From positions 1-64,000 of IMG/VR virus record IMGVR_UViG_2974578479_000001: a DNA stretch of 64,000 bases; one strand, given 5' to 3'. A program made the translations under genes and the position numbers. This DNA is from a virus. Its lineage: Duplodnaviria > Heunggongvirae > Uroviricota > Caudoviricetes. This document shows positions 36,562 through 45,846 of the stretch, one piece after another; positions within the stretch are counted from its first letter, which is position 1, and every line of letters starts with the position of its first letter. Under the pieces are notes generated by a model. It did not search any database, was not told where the DNA came from, and saw only the letters and a program-made list of their open reading frames with translations.

Positions 36562-37722
36562 ATGACTAATAAAACCAGTACAGAAATCATGTTTGATGAT
36601 CTGATGACCTTGACTGCAAAAAACGATGCGTTTATGTGGAAAGACTTCACCTCTGTAGGTGGTGGTACTTTTCGTATCTTCTCTTATCGTCTTGCGAGTT
36701 ATTCTGACTTTTTAGAGCGAAATGCTTTAGAATGTCGTGGCAGTATGTTCCTAATTAATGAAGATTGTACATATAATCGTGTTGCATCTCGGACTCCACA
36801 AAAGTTCTTTAATGCATATGAAAATCCGTTCACTATGTATGATAAAAGTATTCTTAGTAATGAGATTGCGATTGTTATGGATAAGCTTGACGGTTCTATT
36901 ATTAGTACTTTCATGGATGTAGATTATATTGTCCGTACTAAATCACATGCATCTTTAAATTCTGATCATGCTTTAAACAGTACTGCATTGCTTCATAAAG
37001 ATAAAGAATTTTACGAAGAAGTATATCAGGCAGAAATTTGCGGATATACGGTTAATATGGAGTATACATCTCCAGAGTTTCGTATTGTTCTTCCATATCA
37101 AGAAGATGGTTTAACAGTATTAAATTTACGTCATCGCCATGATGGAACGTTGTTAATCGGTAAAGAATTGGAAGCTACATTCCCATTACTTTATGCCAGT
37201 TCTGTATTTGCGAAGTACGGTGAAATTGACAGTACTTTTCCAATGCGTGAAACATTGTATGAAAGTATTGAAGCAGTTCGCTCTATGACTGACATTGAGG
37301 GATATGTATTGATCCTTAAAGATGGTCGTATGTGCAAGATTAAAACTGATTGGTACAGTGCATTACATTTTACTAAGGATAGTATTAATGTTGATTCTCG
37401 TCTGTACGAAGCAGTAATTAATGGTGGTTCTGACGATTTAAAACAAATGTTCGGTACTGATTTGTACAGTATGAAAAAGATTGAAAAAATGGAACAGCTT
37501 GTTTTTTCTTGCTATAATAAGCTAGTACATGATGTTGAAACGTTTGTAGAAGCGAACAAACACATGGAACGAAAAGACTATGCTTTAAAAGTTCAGGCAG
37601 AATTACCAAATGAGCTTGGAAAACCAGGTCTAGCATTTAGTCTTTATAATTCTAAGCCCGTAGATTATAAAGGTACGATGTTAAAATACATGAAGGAAGT
37701 CCTTAAAGATTTCGAAGTTTAA
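36562..37722 (+). CDS. rnlA: RNA ligase 1 (T4 RnlA/gp63-like tRNA repair ligase)
   Basis: TFRIFSYRLASYSDF..ALECRG, KFFN..ENPFTM, active-site K in MDKLDGSI, IEGYVLILKDGRMCKIKTDWY align with T4 Rnl1 as recalled. Confidence 0.9.
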   Translation: MTNKTSTEIMFDDLMTLTAKNDAFMWKDFTSVGGGTFRIFSYRLASYSDFLERNALECRGSMFLINEDCTYNRVASRTPQKFFNAYENPFTMYDKSILSNEIAIVMDKLDGSIISTFMDVDYIVRTKSHASLNSDHALNSTALLHKDKEFYEEVYQAEICGYTVNMEYTSPEFRIVLPYQEDGLTVLNLRHRHDGTLLIGKELEATFPLLYASSVFAKYGEIDSTFPMRETLYESIEAVRSMTDIEGYVLILKDGRMCKIKTDWYSALHFTKDSINVDSRLYEAVINGGSDDLKQMFGTDLYSMKKIEKMEQLVFSCYNKLVHDVETFVEANKHMERKDYALKVQAELPNELGKPGLAFSLYNSKPVDYKGTMLKYMKEVLKDFEV

Positions 37723-37750
37723 GGACGTAATAGCCTAACAAGGAGTAGTG

Positions 37751-37987
37751 ATGGCTAAACCGAAGTATAATTCAAAGAAGGGCGATGTACGAACTCCTGA
37801 AGAACATAGAAAAATATTAGAAGAAATTGACGCTTTGCAAAGTGAACGCTCAAGGAAAGGAGTTGTGAAAAGTGCAAAGCGTCTTAAAAATACTTTTGGT
37901 GTTAGTAGTACTATGTATAAGAAGGAACGTAAGCCAAAAAACAAAAAACCAAAGATTTATGATTTAGGAAGATATGCACGTGAATAA
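37751..37987 (+). CDS. small basic Lys/Arg-rich protein (78 aa)
   Basis: SD acaaggagtag. Confidence 0.5.
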   Translation: MAKPKYNSKKGDVRTPEEHRKILEEIDALQSERSRKGVVKSAKRLKNTFGVSSTMYKKERKPKNKKPKIYDLGRYARE

Positions 37988-38204
37988 TCCTCGTAGAATT
38001 GATCTTACAAAGGTTATGTACCATGAACGTGAATTTTATCTTATTCCATCTAGCGTCCTAACCGTTTATGATAAAATCGAAATGGTAAGATACGTTAAAG
38101 CAATTGGTGATACAGCCTTTATTGTCGATAACGAAATGTACTTCGATGAGGGAGCATTTTTCAACTTGACGATGAAGTACTGTGACAAATACGTATTCAT
38201 CTAA
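37974..38204 (+). CDS. hypothetical protein (76 aa)
   Basis: overlapping start. Confidence 0.45.
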   Translation: MHVNNPRRIDLTKVMYHEREFYLIPSSVLTVYDKIEMVRYVKAIGDTAFIVDNEMYFDEGAFFNLTMKYCDKYVFI

Positions 38205-38216
38205 AAGGAGATTTCC

Positions 38217-38441
38217 ATGAAAGTAGAAGTAGAACATAGTATTATTCAAGACATGTCGGTAATTAAATTTTTATCTTTAAAAGATTATCACCGAGCACTT
38301 GACTTTTTAGATACGAATGGGTTATCATGGACACCTCTTAAATATAGTTCTCGCTTAGACACCGCTAGTATACGTGTCAGTGAGGGCGTATTAAACATCA
38401 TTACAAATAAATTTGGAATAGGAAAATCATGCCAACATTAA
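38217..38441 (+). CDS. hypothetical protein (74 aa)
   Basis: SD aaaggagatttcc. Confidence 0.45.
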   Translation: MKVEVEHSIIQDMSVIKFLSLKDYHRALDFLDTNGLSWTPLKYSSRLDTASIRVSEGVLNIITNKFGIGKSCQH

Positions 38442-39355
38442 CAGTAACAGTAGGACTTCCAGGATGTGGTAAAACCACTTGGGCGAACGAGCAAGTACGT
38501 ACCGCACGGTCTAAGACTGTGAACGTAAATCTTGATGACCTTCGCCAAACAATGGCTGGTTCCCATAGTAACTACAAGTTCCGTAAAGACAACGAACAGT
38601 ACGTGCAAGACGCACAGTACAGTGCAGCGGAACATGCAGCAGCTAATAACTGGAACATCATTGTATCCGACACGAACTTGAATCCTACAGTTCGTGGAAA
38701 GTGGAAAGAATTTGCCAAAAAGCATAATTACACTTATAAAGAACAAAGCTTCTTAGAAGAATTCAAGAAAGATAAAACTTTCTCTCATGATTTCTTTGCA
38801 GTTAAAGGTTTTGTTAAACAGTGTAAAGACCGCAACCTTATGCGTGAGAAATCTGTACCAGAAGATGTAATTGATGGTATGGCTGAAAAGTACTTCTATA
38901 GTGCAATGAAGGTTCAGACACCAACTTTACAAGATTTGGAAGAAGCGATCATTGTAGATATTGATGGTACTCTTGCACATATGGACGGTAAACGTGGCCC
39001 ATACGAAGAAAATAAAGTACTTGTAGATTCACCAGATCCTGAAGTAATTTTGTCAGTACTGGCAGAAAAGAACTTTCTCGGTCGTACAGTGATCATCATG
39101 AGTGGTCGTCATGAAACCTGTAAAGAAGATACTGAAGCATGGTTGGATAAGTATGCTATTCCATACGATCATATCTTCATGCGTGGTGCTGAAGATAGCC
39201 GCTCGGACGACATTGTGAAGTACGAACTTTACATGGAAAATGTACACAACAAATTCAAAGTTGTTAAAGTCTTTGATGATCGCGATCAGGTGGTCGTAAT
39301 GTGGCGGCGTTTGTTGGGTCTTAAAGTTTATCAGGTTGGTTTTGGTAACTTCTAA
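38429..39355 (+). CDS. pseT: polynucleotide 5'-kinase/3'-phosphatase (T4 PseT-like)
   Basis: P-loop GLPGCGKTTWA; phosphatase DIDGTLAHMDGKRGPY; C-terminal DDRDQVVVMWRRLLGLKVYQVGFGNF as in T4 Pnk. Confidence 0.9.
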   Translation: MPTLTVTVGLPGCGKTTWANEQVRTARSKTVNVNLDDLRQTMAGSHSNYKFRKDNEQYVQDAQYSAAEHAAANNWNIIVSDTNLNPTVRGKWKEFAKKHNYTYKEQSFLEEFKKDKTFSHDFFAVKGFVKQCKDRNLMREKSVPEDVIDGMAEKYFYSAMKVQTPTLQDLEEAIIVDIDGTLAHMDGKRGPYEENKVLVDSPDPEVILSVLAEKNFLGRTVIIMSGRHETCKEDTEAWLDKYAIPYDHIFMRGAEDSRSDDIVKYELYMENVHNKFKVVKVFDDRDQVVVMWRRLLGLKVYQVGFGNF

Positions 39356-39360
39356 TATAA

Positions 39361-39386
39361 AGGGGATAGAAATATCCCCTATTTTA
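39361..39386 (+). terminator. rho-independent terminator (aggggatagaaatatcccct plus atttt)
   Basis: hairpin plus T-tract. Confidence 0.65.
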
Positions 39387-39409
39387 ATTAAGATAAAGGA
39401 GATTGTACT

Positions 39410-39607
39410 ATGTCAGTTAGTGTTATATATAGAATTAAAAAACTAAATCATGTATATGATTATGATATTATTATCCATGAAGATAATTATTATTTTGAAA
39501 AAGGTTCTACCCTTGTTCATGGTGGTGGTATTAGAGAAGTACTTGAACTAAAATATCCAACTGATCAGTTCAGAATTAATGTAGAAATTGCAATCCATAA
39601 GGATTAA
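39410..39607 (+). CDS. hypothetical protein (65 aa)
   Basis: SD aaaggagattgtac. Confidence 0.45.
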   Translation: MSVSVIYRIKKLNHVYDYDIIIHEDNYYFEKGSTLVHGGGIREVLELKYPTDQFRINVEIAIHKD

Positions 39608-39609
39608 TT

Positions 39610-39981
39610 ATGAATAAGCATTTGTTCAATAGAGTACTTAAAAAAATAAAGGTTTATTCTGAAGAAATTAAAATTAATTCAGCATTTGATCCTTTTGAAT
39701 ATGGGGAAACTGATATTTCTGATGAGTTTTGGGGTGAGGTTTATAATATTAATAAATTATATGCTTATATCACTTTATTGAACGATTTAGATGATGAATC
39801 ATGTATTGACATTTATAGTACTTATAATATAGCTACAGATTCGTATGTATCATTGAATGAAATTAATTCTAAAGATTTGGCAATAGATATTAGTAATATT
39901 ATTAAGTATCTCGATGAACATTCAGAACATTTTGATGAAGATGGGTGGAGAGGAAGAATGGGATGGGGATGGAAAAAGTAG
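39610..39981 (+). CDS. acidic protein with C-terminal GWRGRMGWGW motif
   Basis: shares the C-terminal GWRxRxGW ending with the 40781 gene. Confidence 0.5.
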   Translation: MNKHLFNRVLKKIKVYSEEIKINSAFDPFEYGETDISDEFWGEVYNINKLYAYITLLNDLDDESCIDIYSTYNIATDSYVSLNEINSKDLAIDISNIIKYLDEHSEHFDEDGWRGRMGWGWKK

Positions 39982-40172
39982 TATATCTATTTTATTACAC
40001 CAGCTATGAAATAGTAGATCATGATGAAGATGGTGCAGTATATTCAAATGAACGTAACGATTTAGGAGCGTTCTACGATTTTCAAACAGGATTAGAGTAC
40101 TATCAACATATGTACCCTAGTAAACAAATACAATATCAAACTATCCAGATAATGGATTCAATTGAGGAATAA
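39969..40172 (+). CDS. hypothetical protein (67 aa)
   Basis: SD ggagaggaag; track ORF uses a GTG start at 39945. Confidence 0.4.
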   Translation: MEKVVYLFYYTSYEIVDHDEDGAVYSNERNDLGAFYDFQTGLEYYQHMYPSKQIQYQTIQIMDSIEE

Positions 40173-40174
40173 TT

Positions 40175-40342
40175 ATGGGCTTTATTGCTTTTCTAATTTG
40201 GCTTTTTCTGATGGTGATTACCTTCATTAAAGCACGTGACTTCGGTCGTTCTAAGCTACTATGGGTTATTATTGGTTTAGTACTATCACCAATTCTAGCA
40301 CTTATCGGTCTACTAATTTTGGGGAAATCTGATGACAATTGA
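40175..40342 (+). CDS. small membrane protein (55 aa, 2 TM)
   Basis: SD gaggaataatt; hydrophobic. Confidence 0.4.
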   Translation: MGFIAFLIWLFLMVITFIKARDFGRSKLLWVIIGLVLSPILALIGLLILGKSDDN

Positions 40343-40733
40343 AATTAAACTAAACGATAAAACATATGAACTTCCAACTGATATTGATATTATGGATGAA
40401 CCAGATGATGAACGTGTCATTAAACTAAGCCTTACTCGTGAAGGTATGACTGAAGGTATCTGGATCGTTATTCATGAAAAAGACCTAGAAGATTATCAGA
40501 ATAATGTAGTAGATGAAGAATATACCCGCGTATGCTCTCTATCTAATCATGCAGTTTGTGGTATTCCTTGGGGTGCATATGTTCCTTATAAACTTCAGGG
40601 TGGTGATCGACCGATTGCAGTATTTGAAGATATTATCAATACTGAAACTGATGAAGTCTTTTTCCCTGCTAAAGTACTAGCAGCTTACAAAGAAGCAAAT
40701 CCAGAATCTGAAGAAGATTCAGAAGAAGAATAA
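40332..40733 (+). CDS. hypothetical protein with acidic tail (133 aa)
   Basis: overlap start. Confidence 0.5.
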   Translation: MTIEIKLNDKTYELPTDIDIMDEPDDERVIKLSLTREGMTEGIWIVIHEKDLEDYQNNVVDEEYTRVCSLSNHAVCGIPWGAYVPYKLQGGDRPIAVFEDIINTETDEVFFPAKVLAAYKEANPESEEDSEEE

Positions 40734-40744
40734 AGTAACATTCT

Positions 40745-40767
40745 AGCCGGAGAGATCCGGCTTTTTC
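40745..40767 (+). terminator. rho-independent terminator (agccggagagatccggct plus ttttt)
   Basis: hairpin plus T-tract. Confidence 0.75.
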
Positions 40768-40780
40768 TATAGGTATAGAT

Positions 40781-41134
40781 ATGAGCGAAAGACAATTTGG
40801 TGGATACCAACGAGAACTAGAACTTCATGGTAGAATCGACAATTCAGATTCACGTGAATCATTTTATAGCAACTTAATGGTAATTTATGAACTAGTAGTA
40901 GATTTTGATGATGATTATTGGGAAGATGATGAAGATGCAGATCCCAATGACATGTTCAGAAATTACACATCATTAACTCCTGAAGTACTAGAACATATTC
41001 GTACTGGAATTAAAATCGATGGCGAAAGTGCTAGTGGTGAAATTGATTTCATGTTTGATATGTTAGAAGGGGGTGACATGAATGATTCATTCGGAACAGA
41101 AGGTTGGCGTCATCGTTTGGGATGGGATGAATGA
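40781..41134 (+). CDS. acidic protein with C-terminal GWRHRLGW motif (paralog of the 39610 gene)
   Basis: shared C-terminal motif. Confidence 0.5.
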   Translation: MSERQFGGYQRELELHGRIDNSDSRESFYSNLMVIYELVVDFDDDYWEDDEDADPNDMFRNYTSLTPEVLEHIRTGIKIDGESASGEIDFMFDMLEGGDMNDSFGTEGWRHRLGWDE

Positions 41135-41340
41135 CAGTACTTTCTATTATATGCATCGTATATTGTATCGGTGCTCTATTAACATTTATAGTCGGTGGCT
41201 ATGTATCAGGTTCATTTAAAGATGGAATATTTGGTATAATTTTCGCTGCCGCTTTTGCATTCTTTTGGTTCTATACTATTCCTGCAATGTTCTATGAAGA
41301 ATATGGTAGAGAACAAAGGAAGAAACGGAGAAAGAAATGA
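41131..41340 (+). CDS. small membrane protein (69 aa, 2 TM, basic tail)
   Basis: ATGA coupling. Confidence 0.5.
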   Translation: MTVLSIICIVYCIGALLTFIVGGYVSGSFKDGIFGIIFAAAFAFFWFYTIPAMFYEEYGREQRKKRRKK

Positions 41341-41579
41341 AAAAATTATTAGCAGTATTAGTATTGGCATTTACCATAACTGGTTGTGATGGTAGTGCGG
41401 AAGACCGCACAGGAAATTATACATTACCATCTGGATTACAAGACTGTCAAATATATCGTCTTGCAGCAGATGGTATTGGGAAAACTTTATATGTAGTACG
41501 TTGTCCTAATTCAAACACATCAACTACCTTTAGTTCTGGAAAAAATGACTCCACTACTGTCTCAAATATTGGAGGTTAA
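41337..41579 (+). CDS. lipoprotein (signal peptide plus lipobox ITGC)
   Basis: MKKLLAVLVLAFTITGC. Confidence 0.55.
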   Translation: MKKLLAVLVLAFTITGCDGSAEDRTGNYTLPSGLQDCQIYRLAADGIGKTLYVVRCPNSNTSTTFSSGKNDSTTVSNIGG

Positions 41580-41580
41580 T

Positions 41581-41937
41581 ATGTCTAAAGTTTATGTAGC
41601 ACTTGATGGTACTGAATTTAGTACAAAGGAAGCAGTATTAGAATACCAAAAGCTATCTGAATTAGCAGGTATTGAATATACTGAAAAACGTAAAGAATTT
41701 TTAATTCTTCGAAATCTATCATTAAATGCATTGGATGCAGTACTTCAGTTTCAAGAAGAATGTCCACATGAATATGTAACTCTTAAAGCATGTTCAGATA
41801 CTGGAAATTATGATCGTTCTCAAGATTCATATTGGTATGAAATACGCTGTAAATGTTGTGAAAAATATTGGACAGAAGATCAGTCAGATTCTCAATATAG
41901 AGGTTCTAGTGATTCTAAAGTTGAAAGGATACGATAA
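41581..41937 (+). CDS. Cys-rich hypothetical protein (118 aa)
   Basis: SD attggaggttaat. Confidence 0.5.
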   Translation: MSKVYVALDGTEFSTKEAVLEYQKLSELAGIEYTEKRKEFLILRNLSLNALDAVLQFQEECPHEYVTLKACSDTGNYDRSQDSYWYEIRCKCCEKYWTEDQSDSQYRGSSDSKVERIR

Positions 41938-42188
41938 TGATTGTAGCAATGCATATTAAAAGTGAATCGTGTGATCACTATTTGGAATTATTTGTTGATA
42001 AAACAGTAGAGCAAATAAAAGAAGAATTATATGACAATATGGAAATGTATGAACCAGTATGTGATTATGCAGTAACCTTTGATGATAGTACTACAAAATC
42101 TGAAAGAAAAGAAGTAAATGATATGCTATCAGATTGGTATGATGATTCATGGAATCGGAATGAAGATGACGGTGATGAAGATGAATAA
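41937..42188 (+). CDS. acidic hypothetical protein (83 aa)
   Basis: ATGA coupling. Confidence 0.45.
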   Translation: MIVAMHIKSESCDHYLELFVDKTVEQIKEELYDNMEMYEPVCDYAVTFDDSTTKSERKEVNDMLSDWYDDSWNRNEDDGDEDE

Positions 42189-42435
42189 AGAAAAGGTAGG
42201 AATAGAATTCACTCTACTTAATAGTTGGGAAGGGTGGGATGAACATGGTGTAGCTGATTTATATTTTTATGATGTAAAGCTAAAGCCAGAAGTATTTGGT
42301 GAAGATTTTCTTAAACAATACGAAGGTAAGAAAATGGATTTAGGTATGTACCTTTCTATTTCAGTTATTGAAGTATATGTGGAAGGAGAAGATGAACCAG
42401 TACTAATTAAAGACGTGAAGTTGAGTCTAATCTGA
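42181..42435 (+). CDS. hypothetical protein (84 aa)
   Basis: in-frame ATG overlapping the upstream stop. Confidence 0.45.
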   Translation: MNKEKVGIEFTLLNSWEGWDEHGVADLYFYDVKLKPEVFGEDFLKQYEGKKMDLGMYLSISVIEVYVEGEDEPVLIKDVKLSLI

Positions 42436-42468
42436 GTCGTAGACTCAGTTTTAATTGAGGAAATAATA

Positions 42469-43065
42469 ATGAACAAAGAACAAATTGAACAAGAGATTTC
42501 TGATTTAACAAACCGTAATACTGAAATTCGTACAATTATCAATCCATATGAAACTGAATTAAGTTCTAATTGGAAACGTATTGAACGTTTAAATGATCGT
42601 TTAAGTGCTATTGTTTCCTCTCAGTTGGAAACGGAAGAAGAACAAATCCCTTACTTCTTACAGGCAGAAAATGGCATGGAACACTACCGTAAGAGTCAAC
42701 AATTTTTTGATTCTATGGGTTTCATGAGTAGCGGTTATTACCCTGAAACAAATCAAAAATGTTTGCAAATTGTCTTGTATAAAGACCGTTGTCGTGATAC
42801 AATGATGAAAGATTCAATCAAAAAAGTACTTCCATTTATTTTACCTGCTCAAGATGATACAGTAGGTGAGGTAAAACGGTTTGGTTTATTTGAACATACT
42901 CTTTCAGAAGGTGGATCTTATAATGTTCGTTATGTTGTAAGTACTGGTGAATGGCAATTAACCATAATGCGTTGGAGTCGGTTTAGTGTAGTATATTATA
43001 ATACTGATTTAGATGCATTTATTGAATATTGTTCACAGAATCATTATTATACGGAAGAATATTAA
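42469..43065 (+). CDS. hypothetical protein (198 aa)
   Basis: SD attgaggaaataata; hairpin gagtcgtagactc upstream. Confidence 0.5.
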   Translation: MNKEQIEQEISDLTNRNTEIRTIINPYETELSSNWKRIERLNDRLSAIVSSQLETEEEQIPYFLQAENGMEHYRKSQQFFDSMGFMSSGYYPETNQKCLQIVLYKDRCRDTMMKDSIKKVLPFILPAQDDTVGEVKRFGLFEHTLSEGGSYNVRYVVSTGEWQLTIMRWSRFSVVYYNTDLDAFIEYCSQNHYYTEEY

Positions 43066-43066
43066 T

Positions 43067-43318
43067 ATGATATTATTTGCTATTCTATATTCAATGGGTT
43101 TTATTTTTACTATTTTGTATTATATTGTTTATAACATAAATTGTGTCGAGAATGGAGAAGTTTCATTCAGTGATATTATTTTTTGTTCAGTACTATCATC
43201 AGTTGGTTGGTTGTTAGTTCCAATGATTGGATTGGCTGAATTAATTGAAAAAAATTATGGTGAAGGTATTAGTAAATTTTTTAATACTCCACTATTTAAA
43301 TCTAAGGATGTAACATGA
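43067..43318 (+). CDS. small membrane protein (83 aa)
   Basis: hydrophobic. Confidence 0.45.
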   Translation: MILFAILYSMGFIFTILYYIVYNINCVENGEVSFSDIIFCSVLSSVGWLLVPMIGLAELIEKNYGEGISKFFNTPLFKSKDVT

Positions 43319-44094
43319 GTCATGTAAAAGTTCTGGATATTCCAGATGAAAAAAATGTTTACATCATTGGTGATATTCACGGTAATTTTGATTTATTTCA
43401 AAAAACGCTGCACGAAATAGGAATCACCGATGATGATGTACTAATTAGCGTTGGTGACCTAGTTGATAGAGGTCGCAATAATGCAAAAATGTTATTTGAG
43501 TTTTTGAATAAAGAAAATAGACATATGGTACTTGGAAATCACGAAGATATGATGATGCGTGGGCGTACTAGTAGAGAATGGTATTTCAACTGGTTGCAAA
43601 ACGGTGGACAAACAACACTAGATGAAATTGGTGCACCAGGTATCGACCATTTCTGTACTTTATTAGAAGATGTTCCACATTTAATTGAAGTAAACCATCG
43701 TGGATATAAATTAGGTATTGCACATGCGGGAATACCACATTATCCAAGTATTAATGATTGGGAAACTATTAAACAATGGACTGAAGATAATGGTGAATAT
43801 CGTTATCAACTTCTATGGGATCGTGATGCAATTCAAATGGCAAGATATGATTTTGAACTTTCTGAAAAAGAAAAATTAGAACGTATCGTGGCTGGGGTTG
43901 ATTATGTAATTCATGGTCATACTGGTGTTCCACACAAATTTGCTTTTGGTAATCGTGTGTGGATTGATACTCAATTCCGTAGTGGTCAATTTACTATTGC
44001 AACAATGGACGATGATCATCTGATGAAGTACTATACTATAGTTCCAGATGAATGGGGTTCAGATGTTGGTTATGAAATAAGGGAAACAAAATAA
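43315..44094 (+). CDS. PPP-family Ser/Thr phosphatase or ApaH-like metallophosphoesterase
   Basis: GDIHGNFDLF, GDLVDRG, GNHEDMM motifs. Confidence 0.75.
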   Translation: MSHVKVLDIPDEKNVYIIGDIHGNFDLFQKTLHEIGITDDDVLISVGDLVDRGRNNAKMLFEFLNKENRHMVLGNHEDMMMRGRTSREWYFNWLQNGGQTTLDEIGAPGIDHFCTLLEDVPHLIEVNHRGYKLGIAHAGIPHYPSINDWETIKQWTEDNGEYRYQLLWDRDAIQMARYDFELSEKEKLERIVAGVDYVIHGHTGVPHKFAFGNRVWIDTQFRSGQFTIATMDDDHLMKYYTIVPDEWGSDVGYEIRETK

Positions 44095-44576
44095 TGCGTT
44101 TATACAGTATCACAAATATGTATACCGATGGAATTCATGCAGGTATTCAAACACAGCATAGTACAGTAAGACTATTTGTAAAATATGACAAATCTAGAGG
44201 TGATTATTTCCCACAAGAAGATATGTTATATGATTGGGCATATGATCATGAAACTACTGTAGTACTAAATGGTGGTATGCATGATTCACTTATGGAAGTA
44301 CTAAATCAATTGCAAGAATGGGAACGCCATAATGCAAATGAAGTACTACCATTTGCTCCATTTTTTGAACCAGGTATTAATAATGCATTAACTAGTATCA
44401 GTATTATTATGCCACAAGATGCAATTGATTTTATGTCTGAAATTCGTGCAAAGAAACCACGAAATGATATTATGACTCCAGAGTATACAGAGTTGTATCA
44501 TAATATTCATGTAGCTTACGGGCGTCATGCATTTAAACTATTTGAACTAGTTGCATTCCTACCACTTGCAAAATAA
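44094..44576 (+). CDS. hypothetical protein (160 aa)
   Basis: coupled ORF. Confidence 0.5.
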   Translation: MRLYSITNMYTDGIHAGIQTQHSTVRLFVKYDKSRGDYFPQEDMLYDWAYDHETTVVLNGGMHDSLMEVLNQLQEWERHNANEVLPFAPFFEPGINNALTSISIIMPQDAIDFMSEIRAKKPRNDIMTPEYTELYHNIHVAYGRHAFKLFELVAFLPLAK

Positions 44577-44586
44577 GGTAAATCAA

Positions 44587-45819
44587 ATGAGTACTAAAAT
44601 TCCTGAGAAGTTTTATGTTTCTCGTGTATATCGTAGTGCAGAAGAAATTCTAGGTTTCATGGTTGTGGCTGATAATGAAAGTACTAAAACTTTCCAGAAA
44701 GCCAAAGAAAGGGCTGATGGATGGACACGACATAATAAGAATCCGTTGGATGCTATCTATGTAGACAACAAACCACGTTCTGGTTTCCGTTTAGTTACAA
44801 ATGTAAGTCGTTATAGTACTTCCAATGTGGTATGGCGTATTATGCACCCTGAAGGTTTTGAATTTGAAATCACTTCTGATAACATGTGTGATCTTTTAGA
44901 AACTAATACTATTGTTGAAGGTGAATTTCAAGATGAATTATTCTTCACACACAATCGTAAATTAGTTAATCAGAAGACTAAACTCTTTGCTGAAATGATT
45001 CGCCAAGAAGAAAAGAAAAAAGCCACAATTGAGAAAGTTAAAGAACTGGAACCTGGATGTTTAATTAGTGTACCAAATCAGTACAGTTATCGTAATCCAC
45101 CACCGCCACCAGATAAGTATGTGTATTGTGGTAAGTTCCATTCTATTACAGTTAATCGTAATAAGCCTATGGTTCTTGGTGCAAAAAGCTCACTACGTTA
45201 TGTGGTTCGTGAAGTTAGTACTGGTAATTATTACTGTCTATCTAAAATTTCTGATGCATTTACCCCACTTGAACATTATGCAGATATTGATCGTGAAAAA
45301 GTCATTAAGGAATTTAATGAACAAATCCGCAGTGATAAAGTTCAAATTGTACGTTATTATCAATCTGGTTATGTTGAGAATGCAATTGAACCTTTGTTAA
45401 TTAATGATAAGCCATTTACAAAAGATAAATTAAAAATGGAATTCATTAAACAACCTATGAAAGATATTTCAGTAATTGATGATACAAAAATCTATGTTTA
45501 TAATGAACAACGAGTTTTTGGATTCGGACTTATGAATAATGGTGGTCATTGGTATGTTAGCACAGATAAAAATGCGTACAGTAATCATAGCATGGTAGCT
45601 TCTAAACTATTAGTATATCCAATTTCGTCTATTAATGAACAAAATGTTCCACAAATCTCAGTGGATTTATCTGAACATAAAGGAATTGATCATTATAGTA
45701 GTAGTGGTAATGTATTTGGTGTACGTGATCGTTATGGTCGTAGTGGTAGTAAACCAGAACTACGTCACGTTGATATTCCAGAAAACATTGAAGTAGGATA
45801 TTACACACTAGGGGAATAA
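44587..45819 (+). CDS. hypothetical protein (410 aa)
   Basis: SD aaggtaaatcaa. Confidence 0.5.
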   Translation: MSTKIPEKFYVSRVYRSAEEILGFMVVADNESTKTFQKAKERADGWTRHNKNPLDAIYVDNKPRSGFRLVTNVSRYSTSNVVWRIMHPEGFEFEITSDNMCDLLETNTIVEGEFQDELFFTHNRKLVNQKTKLFAEMIRQEEKKKATIEKVKELEPGCLISVPNQYSYRNPPPPPDKYVYCGKFHSITVNRNKPMVLGAKSSLRYVVREVSTGNYYCLSKISDAFTPLEHYADIDREKVIKEFNEQIRSDKVQIVRYYQSGYVENAIEPLLINDKPFTKDKLKMEFIKQPMKDISVIDDTKIYVYNEQRVFGFGLMNNGGHWYVSTDKNAYSNHSMVASKLLVYPISSINEQNVPQISVDLSEHKGIDHYSSSGNVFGVRDRYGRSGSKPELRHVDIPENIEVGYYTLGE

Positions 45820-45846
45820 TATTCCCCACCGTTATAAGGAAATAAC

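Noticed and set aside
44587-45819. Alt-like ADP-ribosyltransferase suggested by the R-STS-EFE residues upstream of the DNA ligase
   Set aside because: The three elements fall within about 25 residues, far too close for the ART fold. It is left as hypothetical.
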